This document shows positions 1 to 8,790 of a stretch of DNA of 45,063 bases, piece by piece. The stretch spans positions 1 through 45,063 of the forward strand of contig JAGAEF010000307.1 in NCBI GenBank assembly GCA_017613255.1, given 5' to 3'. The notes beneath the pieces were generated by a model, which worked only from the letters and a program-made list of their open reading frames with translations, was not told the origin of the DNA and ran no database searches. The DNA is from Lentisphaeria bacterium (GTDB lineage: Bacteria; Verrucomicrobiota; Lentisphaeria; Victivallales; UBA1829). A program made the translations under genes and the position numbers. The stretch's first letter is position 1, and every line of letters begins with the position of its first letter.

Positions 1-70
1 CTGACGCTTCTGTACCCAAGGACCTACCCCGCCAGCACGGGCTTTCTGCATGAAAAAACGAGGGGGTCCA

Positions 71-110
71 GGGGGAGAGAAAAAAGCGCGAGCGCGTTTG
101 TCTCTCCCCC
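71..110. repeat. Inverted repeat / stable hairpin (10-bp perfect arms GGGGGAGAGA and TCTCTCCCCC)
   Basis: Arms at 71-80 and 101-110 are exact reverse complements. The 20-nt spacer AAAAAGCGCGAGCGCGTTTG is itself largely self-complementary and extends the stem. The right arm overlaps the start of the first tandem-repeat unit. Confidence 0.75.
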
Positions 111-356
111 CTCGAAAACGGCCTGGGCAGGAAACATCCGCCGTGTTTTTTCCATCTCCCCCCTCGAACCCGGCCCCGGCTGGAAACATCAGAAGTGTTT
201 TTTCCCAGCACCCGAAAACGTCCCGGCTGGAAACACCAGAAGTGTTTTTTCCCTCTCCCCCCTCGAACCCGCTCCGGCAGGAAGCAACAGGTGTGTTTTT
301 TTTCTGCCAGCCCTCGAAAATGCCCTGACTTGTCTCTTCCCACCGCGTTTTTCCCG
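104..356. repeat. Degenerate tandem direct repeat, period ~50 bp, 4-5 units, non-coding
   Basis: Units start at about 104, 156, 206, 255 and 305. The shared core is CTCCCCCCTCGAA(A/C)(A/C)CGG..CCGGC(A/T)GGAAACA(T/C)C....GTGTTTTTTCC. CTCCCCCCTCG is identical at 104, 156 and 255, and GTGTTTTTTCC recurs at the end of units 1-3. Each unit can form a weak GGAAACA/TGTTT..CC hairpin followed by a T run. Confidence 0.75.
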
Positions 357-417
357 CAAAAACGGGCCGTACAGCAACAAAATACCTGTAATAGCAAAAT
401 TTTACCCTTATTTGTCA

Positions 418-445
418 TTGCAATTCCCCTCCCGCATGATATTGT
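418..445 (+). promoter_or_regulatory. Candidate sigma70-type promoter of the glycosidase gene (TTGCAA-N16-TATTGT)
   Basis: Hexamers at 418-423 and 440-445, about 70 nt upstream of the ATG at 515. This is the same architecture seen upstream of many genes in the window. Confidence 0.35.
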
Positions 446-514
446 AGGAGTAAAGGATCCGGAAACGGAACAACCAGAACAAGGCGGGATTTCCCGCCGG
501 AAAGAGGAGAAAAA

Positions 515-2593
515 ATGCAGACCGACACCATCCGCACCGTGGACTTCACCCCCCCGTGGGACGATTCCCCCATCGACATTTCCTTCGTCTTCCAGGAGGA
601 GGCCCCCGCGGGGAAACACGGGTTCCTCACCTGCAAAGAAGGAAAAATGGTCTTTCAGGACGGGCACGAAGCGAAATTCTGGGGAACGAACTTCAACAGC
701 GGAGCCTGCTTCCCCTCCCATGAATACAGCGAGATCGTGGCCAAACGCCTTGCCAAGTTCGGATTGAACATCGTGCGGTTCCATCAGATGGACGGCGACT
801 GGTCCACCCCCAACATCTTCCAGTTCACCAGAGGAAAACGTCTGGAGAACACCCGCAGTCTGGATCCGGAAAGCATGGACAGACTGGATTACCTCATCTA
901 CGCCCTCAAGAAGAACGGCGTTTACTCCTATCTCGACATGCTCACCTACCGCCGTTTCCGCAGCGGCGACGGCGTGGACAATCCCATCGCCCTGCGGGAC
1001 GCCGCCAAGAAGCACAGCATGTTCGACGAGAGAATGATCTTTCTGCAGAAAGAGTTCTGCGAACAGATCTGGACCCACTACAACCCCTACACCAAACTCG
1101 CCTACAAGGACGATCCGGCCATCGCGCTTACGGAGATCACCAACGAGAGCGAGATCTTCAACAACTGCGACATCATCGGAGAGCCGTATCTAACCCGTCT
1201 CAAGGAGATGTACCGGGCATGGCGGAAAGAGCAGAACTATCCGGAACTGGAAGAGATCAATTTTTCCGACAATTCAACAAGGGAAATGATCCTCTTCAAG
1301 ATCGATCTGCAGAAGAAATATTTCGACGACATGCGGGATCACATGCGCAAGCTGGGCGTCAAGATCCCCATCACCGGAACCAACTGGAACAGCGGAGGAG
1401 GCGCGCTCATCCGGGCCTCTCTGGATATGGATTTCACCGACAGCCACACCTACTGGTACGGCTGGAAGTGGGCGCCCCACCTCAAGGCGCTGAAAAATGC
1501 CTCCTTCCTGGGCGAACGGGGGACCTGGCTGGACGGCTTCCCCTTCATGCGGACCGCCGACCGGCCCTTCTTCATTTCCGAGTGGGACGATCCATGGCCC
1601 AACCAGTTCCGTGCGGAAGGAACATTGCATATCGCCGCCTGCTGCGCCCTGCAGGACTGGAGCGGAGCCACCATCCACACCTACCGGTATGACACCCGCC
1701 CCGACATCGATATGATCGCCGCCCCCATCACCGGGGAAGCCCTTTCCGGGGTCCCCTACCGCAGCGGCATTTTCGACGCCTTCAACGATCCCTGCCGCTT
1801 CTCCCTCTTCTATCACGCCGCGCTGATGGTGCGCAGGAAAGACGTGCGCGCTTCCGACGAGATCACCGTGGTCCCGGTGAATGAACTCATGGTCTCCGAT
1901 GCGGAAAACAGCGCAAAGGCGGAGGGCGTGGAACTGGATACCGGGCGGGCCCCGGGGCAGGACAACGCCACTACGGTTGCCTGCTTCCCCGCCTTTGCCG
2001 GCGCTCCGGAATTTTCCACGACCGCCTCCATGGTGGACAAGATGAACCTTCCCGCCAACGCGAAAAAGGCGGATCCCTTCCGGCGGCGCGTTCCGGAGGA
2101 TGCGGACAAAATCGTTTCCGATACGGGAGAAGTGGTCCGGGATCTCAAAAAACGCATCGGGCTTATCGACACACCCCGCACGAAAGGCGCCTACGGTTTT
2201 CTGGGAGTCGCGGGGGAAATCAAGCTCAACGGGGTGACCATCCGCTGCCGCAATGCCTATGCGGCCATCGTCATGAGCTCCCTTTCCGACGCCCCCATTG
2301 CCGAATCCGACAACATCCTCCTCACCGTCGTGGGCAACTGCGACAACACGGATGCAAAGTACAATGACGACCACACCGTCCAGTACTCCAAAGGACACGG
2401 CCCCGTGGAGGCGGAGATCATCGAAGCGGAGATCGAGATCGAGAACGGCACCGGGGATTTCCGCGTGGACGCCATCGGCGACAGCGGGATGCAGGTGGGC
2501 CCCGCCGATTCCGTGGTCACGAAGGACGGGAAGATCTCCTTCCATACGGGCGGACTCTTCCCCTCCGTGCACTACCTCATCCAGAAGATCTGA
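515..2593 (+). CDS. Glycoside hydrolase, clan GH-A (beta/alpha)8 fold, GH5-like, with ~300-aa C-terminal extension
   Basis: 692-aa ORF whose ATG is preceded by GGAAAGAGGAG. Motifs are FWGTNF, NIVRFHQMD, LTEITNESE (Asn-Glu acid/base pair) and FFISEWDD (candidate nucleophile Glu) about 145 aa later, which is the typical clan GH-A spacing. No signal peptide is visible. Confidence 0.6.
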   Translation: MQTDTIRTVDFTPPWDDSPIDISFVFQEEAPAGKHGFLTCKEGKMVFQDGHEAKFWGTNFNSGACFPSHEYSEIVAKRLAKFGLNIVRFHQMDGDWSTPNIFQFTRGKRLENTRSLDPESMDRLDYLIYALKKNGVYSYLDMLTYRRFRSGDGVDNPIALRDAAKKHSMFDERMIFLQKEFCEQIWTHYNPYTKLAYKDDPAIALTEITNESEIFNNCDIIGEPYLTRLKEMYRAWRKEQNYPELEEINFSDNSTREMILFKIDLQKKYFDDMRDHMRKLGVKIPITGTNWNSGGGALIRASLDMDFTDSHTYWYGWKWAPHLKALKNASFLGERGTWLDGFPFMRTADRPFFISEWDDPWPNQFRAEGTLHIAACCALQDWSGATIHTYRYDTRPDIDMIAAPITGEALSGVPYRSGIFDAFNDPCRFSLFYHAALMVRRKDVRASDEITVVPVNELMVSDAENSAKAEGVELDTGRAPGQDNATTVACFPAFAGAPEFSTTASMVDKMNLPANAKKADPFRRRVPEDADKIVSDTGEVVRDLKKRIGLIDTPRTKGAYGFLGVAGEIKLNGVTIRCRNAYAAIVMSSLSDAPIAESDNILLTVVGNCDNTDAKYNDDHTVQYSKGHGPVEAEIIEAEIEIENGTGDFRVDAIGDSGMQVGPADSVVTKDGKISFHTGGLFPSVHYLIQKI

Positions 2594-2619
2594 AATCACA
2601 CTCAATAAGGAGTACGAAA

Positions 2620-4173
2620 ATGGATAAAAACGCGCTTTCCATCGGCTGGGCGTCCGCGGACGTTTCCACCAAGGACCCGGTGAATCTTCCGGGGCAGTTC
2701 CACGTCAGAGTTTCCAAAGGCATTCTGGATCCCGCCACCGCCACCGCGCTGTGGATCAGCGACGGCAAGGACGACGTGTGCTTCCTTTCCATCGATCTGG
2801 TCACCTGCCGAGGCCTTTACGACCCAGTGAAGGAGGCGGTGAAGAAACGCAACAAAAACATTCCCGTGGACAAGATCCTTCTCAACGTCACCCACACCCA
2901 TACGGGGCCCGGGTACCATGAAGTGGGCGTGACCGGGAAAAACGGCCCCCTTTCCGGAGACGTGAAGATCCCCACCTCCATGAAGATCACCGACGGGCTC
3001 AAGTACAGGAAGTTCCTGGTGGACCAGCTCGCTTCCATCGTCTGCGAAGCGTATGAAAAACGCGCTCCCGGCGCCATCGCCTACGGGTACGGGCTGGCCG
3101 TGGTCTCCCACAGCAGAAGATGCCTCTACATGGACGACGTTTCCAAGCGGCCCGGCGCGGTGAACAACTCCACCCACGGGGTCAACGGGCACGCCGTGAT
3201 GTACGGAAAGACCAACGACGACAAGTTCAGCGGCTACGAAGGGGCTTCCGATCCCTTCGTGAACCTTCTTTTCACCTTCGATGCGAAGAAGAAACTTACC
3301 GGCGTACTGGTGAATGTGCCCTGTCCCTCCCAGAATTCGGAAGGCATGTACCAGATCTCCGCCTCCTTCTGGAACGAAACGAGGATCGCCATCCGGAAGA
3401 TTTTCGGCGACATCTTCATTCTTCCCCAGGCCGCGGCGGCGGGGGATCTTTCTCCCCGTCAGCTCCACTGCGTCAAGGCGGAATACCGCAGGTACGCCCT
3501 CAAGTACGGGAGGGAAAAGGAGCTCTTTGCCGAAGAGTTCCGGCGCAGGGACATTGCCGAAAGGATCTCTTCCAGCGTGAAGGAGGTCTATTCCTGGGCG
3601 AAAAAGGATCTCATCACCAGCGCCCCCATCCATCACGAAGTGCTGGATCTGGCCCTCTCCCGGCGCATGATCACCAGGGAGGATTACGAGATCTCCTGCG
3701 CCCAGCTCGAGGAATTGAACAAACAGTCCTTCCAGCCGGAGGAAAAGGGCGTGGATCCGCAGGAGACGCTGAAAAGGAATTCCATCCTCCTTTCCGGGCG
3801 GAACCGCTGCAAGGGGATCATCCGCAGGTGGGAGGCGCAGCAGAAGACCACCAAGTACAATACCCAGGCCCATGTGGTCTCCATCGGAGACATCGCCTTT
3901 GCCAGCAACCAGTTCGAGCTGTACGTGGATTACCAGCACCGGATCCAGGGCAGAAGTCCCTTCATCCAGACCTTCATCGTGCAGCTTAGCGGCGTGCCGG
4001 GCGAGAGCGGAGGAAGCTATCTTGCCACGAAACGGGGCTTCCTCAACCGGGGCTACAGCGCCTCCCGCTACTGCAATCTCGTCTCCTGGAAAGGCGGGAA
4101 CGAGCTTGTGGAAAAGACGGTGAAGGCGCTCAAAAAGCTCTGGTCCAAAGACCACAAGGAAGAAAAGAAGTAA
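2620..4173 (+). CDS. Uncharacterised hydrolase-like protein resembling the neutral/alkaline ceramidase N-terminal domain family (paralog 1, no signal peptide)
   Basis: 517-aa ORF with an AAGGAG RBS 8 nt upstream. The N-terminal pattern IGWASADVS..LPGQFHVRVSKGILDP.TATALW..DGKDDVCFLSIDLV...LLNVTHTHTGPGY matches the layout of ceramidase-like N-terminal domains. It is colinear with the next ORF. Confidence 0.45.
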   Translation: MDKNALSIGWASADVSTKDPVNLPGQFHVRVSKGILDPATATALWISDGKDDVCFLSIDLVTCRGLYDPVKEAVKKRNKNIPVDKILLNVTHTHTGPGYHEVGVTGKNGPLSGDVKIPTSMKITDGLKYRKFLVDQLASIVCEAYEKRAPGAIAYGYGLAVVSHSRRCLYMDDVSKRPGAVNNSTHGVNGHAVMYGKTNDDKFSGYEGASDPFVNLLFTFDAKKKLTGVLVNVPCPSQNSEGMYQISASFWNETRIAIRKIFGDIFILPQAAAAGDLSPRQLHCVKAEYRRYALKYGREKELFAEEFRRRDIAERISSSVKEVYSWAKKDLITSAPIHHEVLDLALSRRMITREDYEISCAQLEELNKQSFQPEEKGVDPQETLKRNSILLSGRNRCKGIIRRWEAQQKTTKYNTQAHVVSIGDIAFASNQFELYVDYQHRIQGRSPFIQTFIVQLSGVPGESGGSYLATKRGFLNRGYSASRYCNLVSWKGGNELVEKTVKALKKLWSKDHKEEKK

Positions 4174-4180
4174 AACTCAA

Positions 4181-4210
4181 GGACGGACGGGAACAGTTGC
4201 CCGTCCGTTC
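4181..4210 (+). other. Intercistronic hairpin between the two paralogs (possible weak terminator or processing site)
   Basis: ACGGACGGG (4183-4191) pairs perfectly with CCCGTCCGT (4200-4208) across an 8-nt loop. It is followed by TCCTTTCC rather than a clean T run. Confidence 0.4.
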
Positions 4211-4230
4211 CTTTCCAAGGGGAAGAAGAG

Positions 4231-6462
4231 ATGAAAAAGAGGATGCCTTTCCTTTTGCTTTCCTGCGCGTTTCTCCTTGCGGGAAGCGCGTGTTCGTTTC
4301 TGAAAAGCGAAAACGTGCCGCAGGAAAAGAAAAAGGAGAATGCGCTGAAGATCGGCTGGGCGTCCGCGGATATTTCCACCACGGAGCCTGTCCTCATTGC
4401 CGGACAGTTTCACGCACGGATCTCCAAGGGCGTGCTGGATCCCGTCACGGCAACGGCGCTGTGGATGGACAACGGCAAAGACGCCGTCTGCTTCGTTTCG
4501 GCGGATCTCGTCAGCGCGGGCAGCGGGATGCTGGACGAAGTTTCCGCGCTGGTAAAGAAACGCATCCCCTCCTTCCCCGTGGAAAAGATCATCCTCAGCG
4601 GGACTCATACCCACGCCGCCCCGGTTTTTGCCGCGCAGAGTTCGGTGGTGAGCCGGGAAGAGCATAACGGGGATCTCTACAAGGTCCCCACCTCCCTGAA
4701 GACGGTAAAAAGCGGAGAGTACCGGAAATTCCTCTTCGGGAAATTATCCGATATCATCTGCAAGGCCTACGAAAACCGTAAAGAAGGCGGTTTCGCCTAC
4801 GGGTACGGCAGCGCCCAGGTGGGTCACAACCGGAGAGCGGTCTACAAGGACGATTTCTCCAAAAGAAAGGGCGTGAAAAAGGATCCCCTCCACGGCGTCC
4901 ACGGTCATGCCGTGATGTACGGGAACACGAAAGACAGAATGTTCTACGGGTTCGAGGGGGGAGCCGATCCCACGGCGAATTTCCTTTTCACCTTCGATAT
5001 GGCGGGAACTCTCACGGGAGCGCTCATCAACGTTTCCTGTCCCGCCCAGCACTCCTCCCGGCTGGAAATGCTTTCGGCGGACTACTGGCACAATGCAAGA
5101 GCCATGATCCGGAAAAAGTACGGCAACATCTTCCTCCTTCCCCAGTGCGGGGCCGCGGGAGACACCGCGCCGGTCCAGCTCTACTACAACCGGGCCCGGG
5201 CACGGAGAGACCGCCTGAAATACGGCAGGACGAAACAGTATTATCAGGACGAACTCCACCGCATCCAGTCTGCCGAAAAGATTTCCGACGCCTTCGACGA
5301 GGTCTATGCCTGGGCGAAAAAGGAGATCTTCTTTTCCGCGGATATGCGGCACGAGGTCAGGGATCTGGAGCTGCCTTTGCGCAAGCTGGAGAAAGCGGAC
5401 CGTGACTTTGCCGTTTCCGAGCTGGAAAGACTCAACAAAATCCCCTTCGTTCCGGAGGGAGACAAGCCGGAAAAGGCGCTGTGGACCAACTCCCGTCTGG
5501 TCTCCTCCAGAAACCGCAGCAGAGCCATCATAGCCCGCTGGAAACTCCAGCAGGAAAAGGTGCCCTACCGGACCCAGATCCATGTCCTCCACATCGGGGA
5601 TCTGGCCTTTGCCAGCAACCAGTTCGAGCTCTATCAGGACTACCAGCACCGGATCCAGGGGAGAAGCCCCTTTGCCCAGACGGTCCTCATCCAGCTGGCC
5701 GGGGTGAAGGGCCCTTACGGGGGCACTTATCTTGCCACGAAACGGTCCGTGGAGAACAAAGGGTACGGTTCGGAACGGTTCAGCAACCGGGTCTCCTGGG
5801 AGGGCGGGGACCGGATCGTGGACGAAACGGTGTCCATCCTTGAAAAATTCAAGAAGGAGAGCGTGCCCGCCTTTCTTCCCGCAGGGAAAAGGACGGGGAA
5901 AATCCGCATCGACGGCGTACTGGACGAGGAGGACTGGAAAAAGGCGGAAGAGCTGACAAAGTTCGTTTCTTCCGCAGGAGATCCCCCCACGGAACGCACT
6001 TTCGTAAAGCTCCTTCTGGACGAAAAGAACCTTTATATCGGCATAAAGGCGATGACGGAAAACTTTCCCGGAAAGCGCGTTTTCAAGGAGGACGCGGGGA
6101 AAAGGGACGGCGCCGTCTGGCAGGACGATTCCGTGGAGATCATGCTGGGTTTGTCCGGGAGAAGGACGCACAACCATTACATGCTCAATACCGCAGGCGT
6201 TCTGTACGACGGGAAGGCGGGGGGCGGCAAATTCGATTCTTCCTTCACTTCCCGGCTGGAATCCTGCGTGAAGAAGTACCCGGACTGCTATGTTGCGGAG
6301 ATCCGGATCCCGCTTGCGGATCTGGGGGAGGAAAAGGGGAAAGCGGAAGAACTGAGGTTGAACCTTGTGCGGAATTCTTCCTTCATCCAGATGGAAAGTT
6401 CTTCTCTGTACGGGATCCGCGCCCACGATTTTCCAAAGTTTCTTCCTTTGAAGATCCGCTGA
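4231..6462 (+). CDS. Secreted/lipoprotein paralog of the preceding ceramidase-like protein, fused to a C-terminal CBM9/DOMON-like carbohydrate-binding module
   Basis: 743-aa ORF with signal peptide MKKRMPFLLLSCAFLLAGSAC (lipobox-like). Long blocks are shared with ORF 2620-4173: IGWASAD(V/I)S, THTH, AVMYG, and IGD(I/L)AFASNQFELY.DYQHRIQGRSPF, which differs at only a few positions. The C-terminal ~190 aa (IRIDGVLDEEDW...NLYIGIKA...QDDSVEIML...NHYMLN) has the CBM9-like pattern. Confidence 0.55.
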   Translation: MKKRMPFLLLSCAFLLAGSACSFLKSENVPQEKKKENALKIGWASADISTTEPVLIAGQFHARISKGVLDPVTATALWMDNGKDAVCFVSADLVSAGSGMLDEVSALVKKRIPSFPVEKIILSGTHTHAAPVFAAQSSVVSREEHNGDLYKVPTSLKTVKSGEYRKFLFGKLSDIICKAYENRKEGGFAYGYGSAQVGHNRRAVYKDDFSKRKGVKKDPLHGVHGHAVMYGNTKDRMFYGFEGGADPTANFLFTFDMAGTLTGALINVSCPAQHSSRLEMLSADYWHNARAMIRKKYGNIFLLPQCGAAGDTAPVQLYYNRARARRDRLKYGRTKQYYQDELHRIQSAEKISDAFDEVYAWAKKEIFFSADMRHEVRDLELPLRKLEKADRDFAVSELERLNKIPFVPEGDKPEKALWTNSRLVSSRNRSRAIIARWKLQQEKVPYRTQIHVLHIGDLAFASNQFELYQDYQHRIQGRSPFAQTVLIQLAGVKGPYGGTYLATKRSVENKGYGSERFSNRVSWEGGDRIVDETVSILEKFKKESVPAFLPAGKRTGKIRIDGVLDEEDWKKAEELTKFVSSAGDPPTERTFVKLLLDEKNLYIGIKAMTENFPGKRVFKEDAGKRDGAVWQDDSVEIMLGLSGRRTHNHYMLNTAGVLYDGKAGGGKFDSSFTSRLESCVKKYPDCYVAEIRIPLADLGEEKGKAEELRLNLVRNSSFIQMESSSLYGIRAHDFPKFLPLKIR

Positions 6463-6477
6463 GTACACCGCTTCCAT

Positions 6478-6506
6478 TTGCAATAGCATCGCATCCGTGC
6501 TATATT
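6478..6506 (+). promoter_or_regulatory. Candidate promoter TTGCAA-N17-TATATT (ftsB-like gene)
   Basis: Hexamers at 6478-6483 and 6501-6506, about 43 nt upstream of the ATG at 6549. Confidence 0.5.
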
Positions 6507-6548
6507 ATTAACGGGCACACGGCGTTCAAAAAAAGGTTGCAGGGCAAA

Positions 6549-6833
6549 ATGGAACACCCGATTCAAAAAGCGTTGTCTTACCTTCTGATCTTTCTTCTTA
6601 TCGTGATCTTCGGCATTTCCCTGGCCATGGTCTATCCCGTGTATTCCAATTACCGGAAGATGGAGAATGCGGTGCGGCTGAAAAGAGAAGAGTACAACGA
6701 GCTCAAGAGAGAGAGAATGACCCTGTTGAGCGAAGTGCACGATCTGGAGCACGATACGGCCGCCGCCGAAAAAGTCGCCCGGGAAAAATTCAATCTCTGC
6801 CGGGAAGGCGAACAGATCCTCATCTACCGGTAA
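6549..6833 (+). CDS. ftsB: Septum formation initiator family protein (FtsB/DivIC-like)
   Basis: Small bitopic protein with an N-terminal TM helix (LSYLLIFLLIVIFGISLAMVY), a coiled coil, and the C-terminal AAEKVAREKFNLCREGEQI motif typical of the FtsB/DivIC family. The ORF track starts at TTG 6537. The ATG at 6549 is preferred. Confidence 0.6.
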   Translation: MEHPIQKALSYLLIFLLIVIFGISLAMVYPVYSNYRKMENAVRLKREEYNELKRERMTLLSEVHDLEHDTAAAEKVAREKFNLCREGEQILIYR

Positions 6834-6840
6834 GTTCCGG

Positions 6841-8709
6841 TTATTGCAGCGCCTCTTCGAAAGAGGCCTTGATCTTCGGAAAATCTTCGTCCCCTTCGAA
6901 CCGGGGGAGGATCTCCTTGAACAGCTTTTCCGCTTCCTCTTTTCCCTTGTGATGGCGCGTTTCGGAAAGTTCCTGCAAAAGATTCTTCCGCATGAGAAGG
7001 ACCATCCCGGCAAGATCCGGATCGTCGGGGCGCAGAGAGGCGGCAAGAGAAAACTTTTTCGCCAGAAGCGCCCGGAAGAAGGGGGCCTCCCCGCGGAGAT
7101 AGCCGGGAATCCTGCCCTCTTTTTCCCCCTGATGGAACTTGTAAAGATCCCGGTAGAGGTGGAGCTGTCTTTTCAGGAAGGACGCATAATGGGGGGAGTC
7201 GTTGAGCTTTTTCTGCCTGTCCGCATATTTCTCCGCCTCCTGCGGGGGGGTGTGGGGGGCGAAACGGCAGAAGAGGGTGCGGAAGGCGCCGTACTGCCAC
7301 TGGGCGTTGCGGAGGAACTGGATCTTCCGTTCCTGCGCTTCGTTTTCCGCCTGAAGCCGGGTGACTCTGGCTTCGGAAATGAGCCCCCGGACGCGGGCGG
7401 TCACCGCCCGGCGGAGTCTGACATCGCTTTTCCGGAATTCGGTAATCAATCTTTTGCCTTCCTTCTGGACCACGGAAAGCGGCACGGTGGGATCCTTGGC
7501 GAAATGCTGGAAGGAGGAGAGCCGTTCCAGCGCGATCTTTTCCATGGATTTTTCCGCAGGAGGCGCGGATTCGTAACGGTAGATGGTAAAGGAGATGGCC
7601 GCCCCGATGAGGATGGGAAGAAGGGGCAGAAGGATGTTGAGATACCGTTTCTGGATGCTGACCACATTTTCCAGCTTGCGCACGCTCTTCTTGACTTCCG
7701 CGTTTTCCACGGAGCTTTCGTAATCCAGCCTTGCCGTGGTAAGGGTGTGGATGGCGGGGATGACGTTCCTGTCCGGAGCGGTGGTCTGGCGCAGCGTCCA
7801 GAGTTCCCGCAGAAGCTCTTCCATGTCCTTGAATCTCCCGGAGGGCTTCTTGGCCAGCATCCTGTCCACGAAAAGCGCCACGTTTTTGGGGATGGAAGGA
7901 TCCACCTTGTCCAGTCTCGCCGGGGCCTTGTGCAGATGTTCCTCCGCAAGGGTCCTGAAATCCTTTCCCGTAAAGGGCGGCTTGCCGGAAAGCATCTGAT
8001 AGAGCGTGACTCCCAGAGAGTAGATGTCCGTGCGGGCGTCCAGCACCTTGCCCGTAAGCTGTTCCGGGCTCATGTAGGCGGGACTGCCCGCCACCTCGTC
8101 GGAATCGACCCACTCCCCGGCATGGATGGACATGCCCAGATCCGTGACTTTCACGATGCCGTCTTCGGCGATCATGATGTTGTCGGGCTTGATGTCCTTG
8201 TGGATGAGGCTTCTTTCCTGCCACGCGTAACAGAGCGCTTCCGCCGCCTGCTGGATGATGTGGAGCGCTTCGTCCACGGGAAACTTGCCCTTCCTCTTCA
8301 GCCGGGACGTGATGGTCTCCCCCACGATTCTCGTCATGGCAAAGTAATAGAAATCGTCCTCCCTGCCCACGGCGAAGGTCTGCACAAGGTTGATGTGGTT
8401 GAGTTTCGCCGCCTCCCGCGCCTCCCGCAGGAACTGATCCACGCCTTCCCCGCTTACGGAAAACTCCGGGGAGAGCACTTTCAGCGCCACCTGCCGCTCC
8501 AGGGAAAGCTGGGTGGCCAGATAGACCGCCGCGTTGGCGCCTTCCCCGATCTTCTCCTTGATGAGAAAGTCGCCTATGATGCAGCCGCTCTGGAACCGTC
8601 CGGCGGGAACGGTCACATGGTGGTGGCAGTTGGGGCACTCTATGGGGTATCCGCAGGACTCCGGAAGCGTGTCTACGGCAAGGAAACAGAAGGGACAGCG
8701 GAAACGCAT
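6841..8709 (-). CDS. Ser/Thr protein kinase with N-terminal zinc ribbon, one TM helix and an uncharacterised C-terminal domain
   Basis: Start chosen at MRFRCPFC (ATG at 8709). The CPFC...CPNC pairs form a zinc-ribbon pattern. Kinase motifs are GEGANAAVY, ALKVL, HKDIKPDNIMI, VTDLG and SPAYMSPEQ. A TM segment (ILLPLLPILIGAAISFTIY) is followed by a ~270-aa helical domain with no recognisable family. The longer ORF reaching 9702 overlaps the opposite-strand pilin-like gene and is rejected. Confidence 0.85.
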   Translation of the reverse strand: MRFRCPFCFLAVDTLPESCGYPIECPNCHHHVTVPAGRFQSGCIIGDFLIKEKIGEGANAAVYLATQLSLERQVALKVLSPEFSVSGEGVDQFLREAREAAKLNHINLVQTFAVGREDDFYYFAMTRIVGETITSRLKRKGKFPVDEALHIIQQAAEALCYAWQERSLIHKDIKPDNIMIAEDGIVKVTDLGMSIHAGEWVDSDEVAGSPAYMSPEQLTGKVLDARTDIYSLGVTLYQMLSGKPPFTGKDFRTLAEEHLHKAPARLDKVDPSIPKNVALFVDRMLAKKPSGRFKDMEELLRELWTLRQTTAPDRNVIPAIHTLTTARLDYESSVENAEVKKSVRKLENVVSIQKRYLNILLPLLPILIGAAISFTIYRYESAPPAEKSMEKIALERLSSFQHFAKDPTVPLSVVQKEGKRLITEFRKSDVRLRRAVTARVRGLISEARVTRLQAENEAQERKIQFLRNAQWQYGAFRTLFCRFAPHTPPQEAEKYADRQKKLNDSPHYASFLKRQLHLYRDLYKFHQGEKEGRIPGYLRGEAPFFRALLAKKFSLAASLRPDDPDLAGMVLLMRKNLLQELSETRHHKGKEEAEKLFKEILPRFEGDEDFPKIKASFEEALQ

Positions 8710-8762
8710 AGATGTGTATACTCCAGAGTGCAGAAGGTTCGTTTTGATTTTTACCGGGGGAT

Positions 8763-8790
8763 ATTTTATTCGAAAATGCGAATTTTTCAA
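8763..8790 (-). promoter_or_regulatory. Candidate promoter TTGAAA-N16-TAAAAT (kinase gene, minus strand)
   Basis: On the minus strand, TTGAAA lies at 8790-8785 and TAAAAT at 8768-8763, about 55 nt upstream of the ATG at 8709. Confidence 0.4.

Noticed and set aside
1-51. Possible 5' end of a minus-strand gene (ATG at 51-49, reading MQKARAGGVGPW... off the window)
   Set aside because: Only 17 codons are visible, there is no RBS, and no similarity can be judged. It cannot be supported.
50-328. 92-aa ORF with repeated VFFPSPPSNP
   Set aside because: It is simply a translation of the ~50-bp tandem DNA repeat. It has no RBS, and overlapping ORFs in other frames and on the other strand show the same artefact.
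104-356. Possible CRISPR array
   Set aside because: The units are contiguous and degenerate with no unique spacers between conserved repeats, and there are no cas genes in the window. The structure is a plain tandem repeat.
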